Shown here: one piece after another, positions 62,329 to 64,000 of the stretch
How the letters are laid out: every line of letters starts with the position of its first letter
How positions within the stretch are numbered: position 1 is the stretch's first letter
From: Okamejei kenojei
Taxonomy: Eukaryota
DNA length: 64,000 bases
Assembly (NCBI GenBank): GCA_035221665.1
Contig: CM069150.1
Location: 9,362,001-9,426,000, forward strand
Direction: 5' to 3'
Program-made: the position numbers and the translations under genes
The notes under the pieces: model-generated
What the model saw: the letters and a program-made list of their open reading frames with translations, nothing else
The model's database searches: none
What the model was told of the DNA's origin: nothing

Positions 62329-63278
62329 ACTATTGGAAGCCGCCGGTATCATTTTATTTTTGCGAAGCTTTGAAGACATTCCAGGAGGTCAGATCTTCAT
62401 CACAAACGCAACAAGTTGCGGGATTCACCATTAATGAATTTAGGAAACAGGATCTTCAGCTGCAATTTATATCACAAGGGCCAAATGTGAGCATTTAAAC
62501 ATGTGGGGGTGGGGGGGAAAACACACACCACACACCCACGTCGGAAGCCACAGGCTCTTTAAGGCTTATGAACCACCAAGACAACATCTGCTTAAAGAGT
62601 AGTTACATAAATGGTCCCTGGTTACTCCACATAGACTGCAGAGAATGAAAACAGCTGCATGAACATGTTAGGATTGTTCATCCAGCAAACAGCACTAAAA
62701 CATTGCCAAGAAATGGTGGAAGTTGGCAAAAGCAAAGCCACCTTATTGTCGTTAGTGCGGTCTAAATAAACATCCATCTGCCCTCAAGACTGACAACTCA
62801 CCGAGGCATTTCCGTTCGAGGATGGGAGTCAAATCAAGTGGCATGGTGATGGCCAACGCACAGTATCGCAGCACACCAACCATGCATTTACAGAGCGCCT
62901 TTAATGCAGCTGAAGGTGATCTTACAGCAGTGCAAAGTACTCTCACAAAACAAAGGAGGGAGCCATCCTGCTAATGTTAGAGAAATTCCGTGAAATTATA
63001 GATACCAGGAATAATATCTTCCTTTTCACAACCTCCATCTTTCTCCTCAACGTGACAGCTTTGTCTTGAAGTACAATACCTGAAACCGCGGCAACACATC
63101 CACTTTAATACATCAATGCATAATCTTAGTATCAACAGGTTGTTCAACTGGGAGGACATCCCAGCTGGATGTAATCTTAGCCACGGTGGGCATTGCTGGA
63201 AGAGCCGGAAACAGGAATCGCAGATGAACTTCTGTTTCCCTATCTCGGGGAAGTGGAAACAAACTGAAATGCATTCAG

Positions 63279-63372
63279 GGTACACAAAAAGCTGGAGAAA
63301 CTCAGCGGGTGCAGCAGCATCTAAGGAGCGAAGGAGATAGGCGACGTTTCGGGTCGAGACCCTTCTTCAGAC
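63279..63372 (-). mobile_element. Penelope-derived half with an intact hammerhead core (63343-63370)
   Basis: ggtacacaaaaagctggagaaactcagcggg...gacgtttcgggtcgagacccttcttcag. Confidence 0.8.
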
Positions 63373-63599
63373 ATCAGAAATGCATACAGCACTGGCCAAG
63401 GAGTGTCAAAGAGTCAGCATGAGTTTCAATAGGATGCTCACGTTTGATCAACATTTTTGAAATTTGCATTATAAGAGACAATGGTCCTGAAGATAATGGA
63501 GTTATTGCCTGGATTTTCAAGAGGTAATCAGTAAACCCTGATAAAACATGAACAAGATCGGGAAATATGGAGTCAGTTGACAATCTGCAGAAAGAATGT

Positions 63600-63793
63600 T
63601 TAGGCAGGAACTGCAGATGCTGGCTTACTCCAATATTTTGCGTCTAACTTCGGTTAGGCAGCATCTCTGGAGAGAAAGAATGGGTGTCATTTCCGGTCTT
63701 AAGAAGGGTCTCAACCCAAAATATCACCCATTCCTTCTCTCTAGAGAGGCTGCCAGTCCCACTGGGTCATTCCAGAGTTGTGTGTCCATCTTC
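63600..63793. mobile_element. Decayed palindromic Penelope-derived mini-element
   Basis: ggcagcatctctggagagaaagaatgggtg paired with cacccattccttctctctagagaggctgcc. Confidence 0.7.
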
Positions 63794-64000
63794 GAAAGAA
63801 TGTCTAGCTGTCTGCAGGACTGCGTGCAGGGAGTGGGAGTAAAGTCACAATGGAAGCGTGGCGGAGATGTGCCACAGGGAATAGTGCTGGGATTACCGCT
63901 GTCCACAAGTGACACTACTGATTTAAAAGTCTGGAAACAAAGCGGCTGAATTTATAGAGCACAGAACAGTGCAGCAGGGCAACAGGCCCGTCAGCCCACG

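Overview
Eukaryotic, repeat-rich vertebrate DNA. The repeat repertoire (Penelope-derived palindromic repeats, V-SINE/HE1-like and Deu-domain SINEs, CR1, Rex1) suggests a cartilaginous fish, probably a skate or ray; this is an inference. The only host gene I can support is a minus-strand PMEPA1/LDLRAD4-family gene, most likely PMEPA1. Its transmembrane exon is at 15153-15307 and its last coding exon at 369-914. I could not find the small middle exon or a first exon, so the rest of the window is probably intron or upstream sequence. Highlights: (1) a ~1.14 kb insertion carrying scrambled ZFP36/TIS11-family coding fragments between inverted repeats, splitting an old Deu-SINE, plus a nearby partial copy flanked by 42-bp direct repeats; (2) more than 20 Penelope-derived, often palindromic mini-elements carrying a minimal hammerhead-ribozyme core; (3) several DNA-transposon derivatives (Harbinger-like foldback MITEs, a deleted hAT, a 6-bp-TSD element, a P-like MITE); (4) several local inverted-duplication scars. 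Repeat boundaries are approximate, and family names come from recalled consensus motifs, not database searches.
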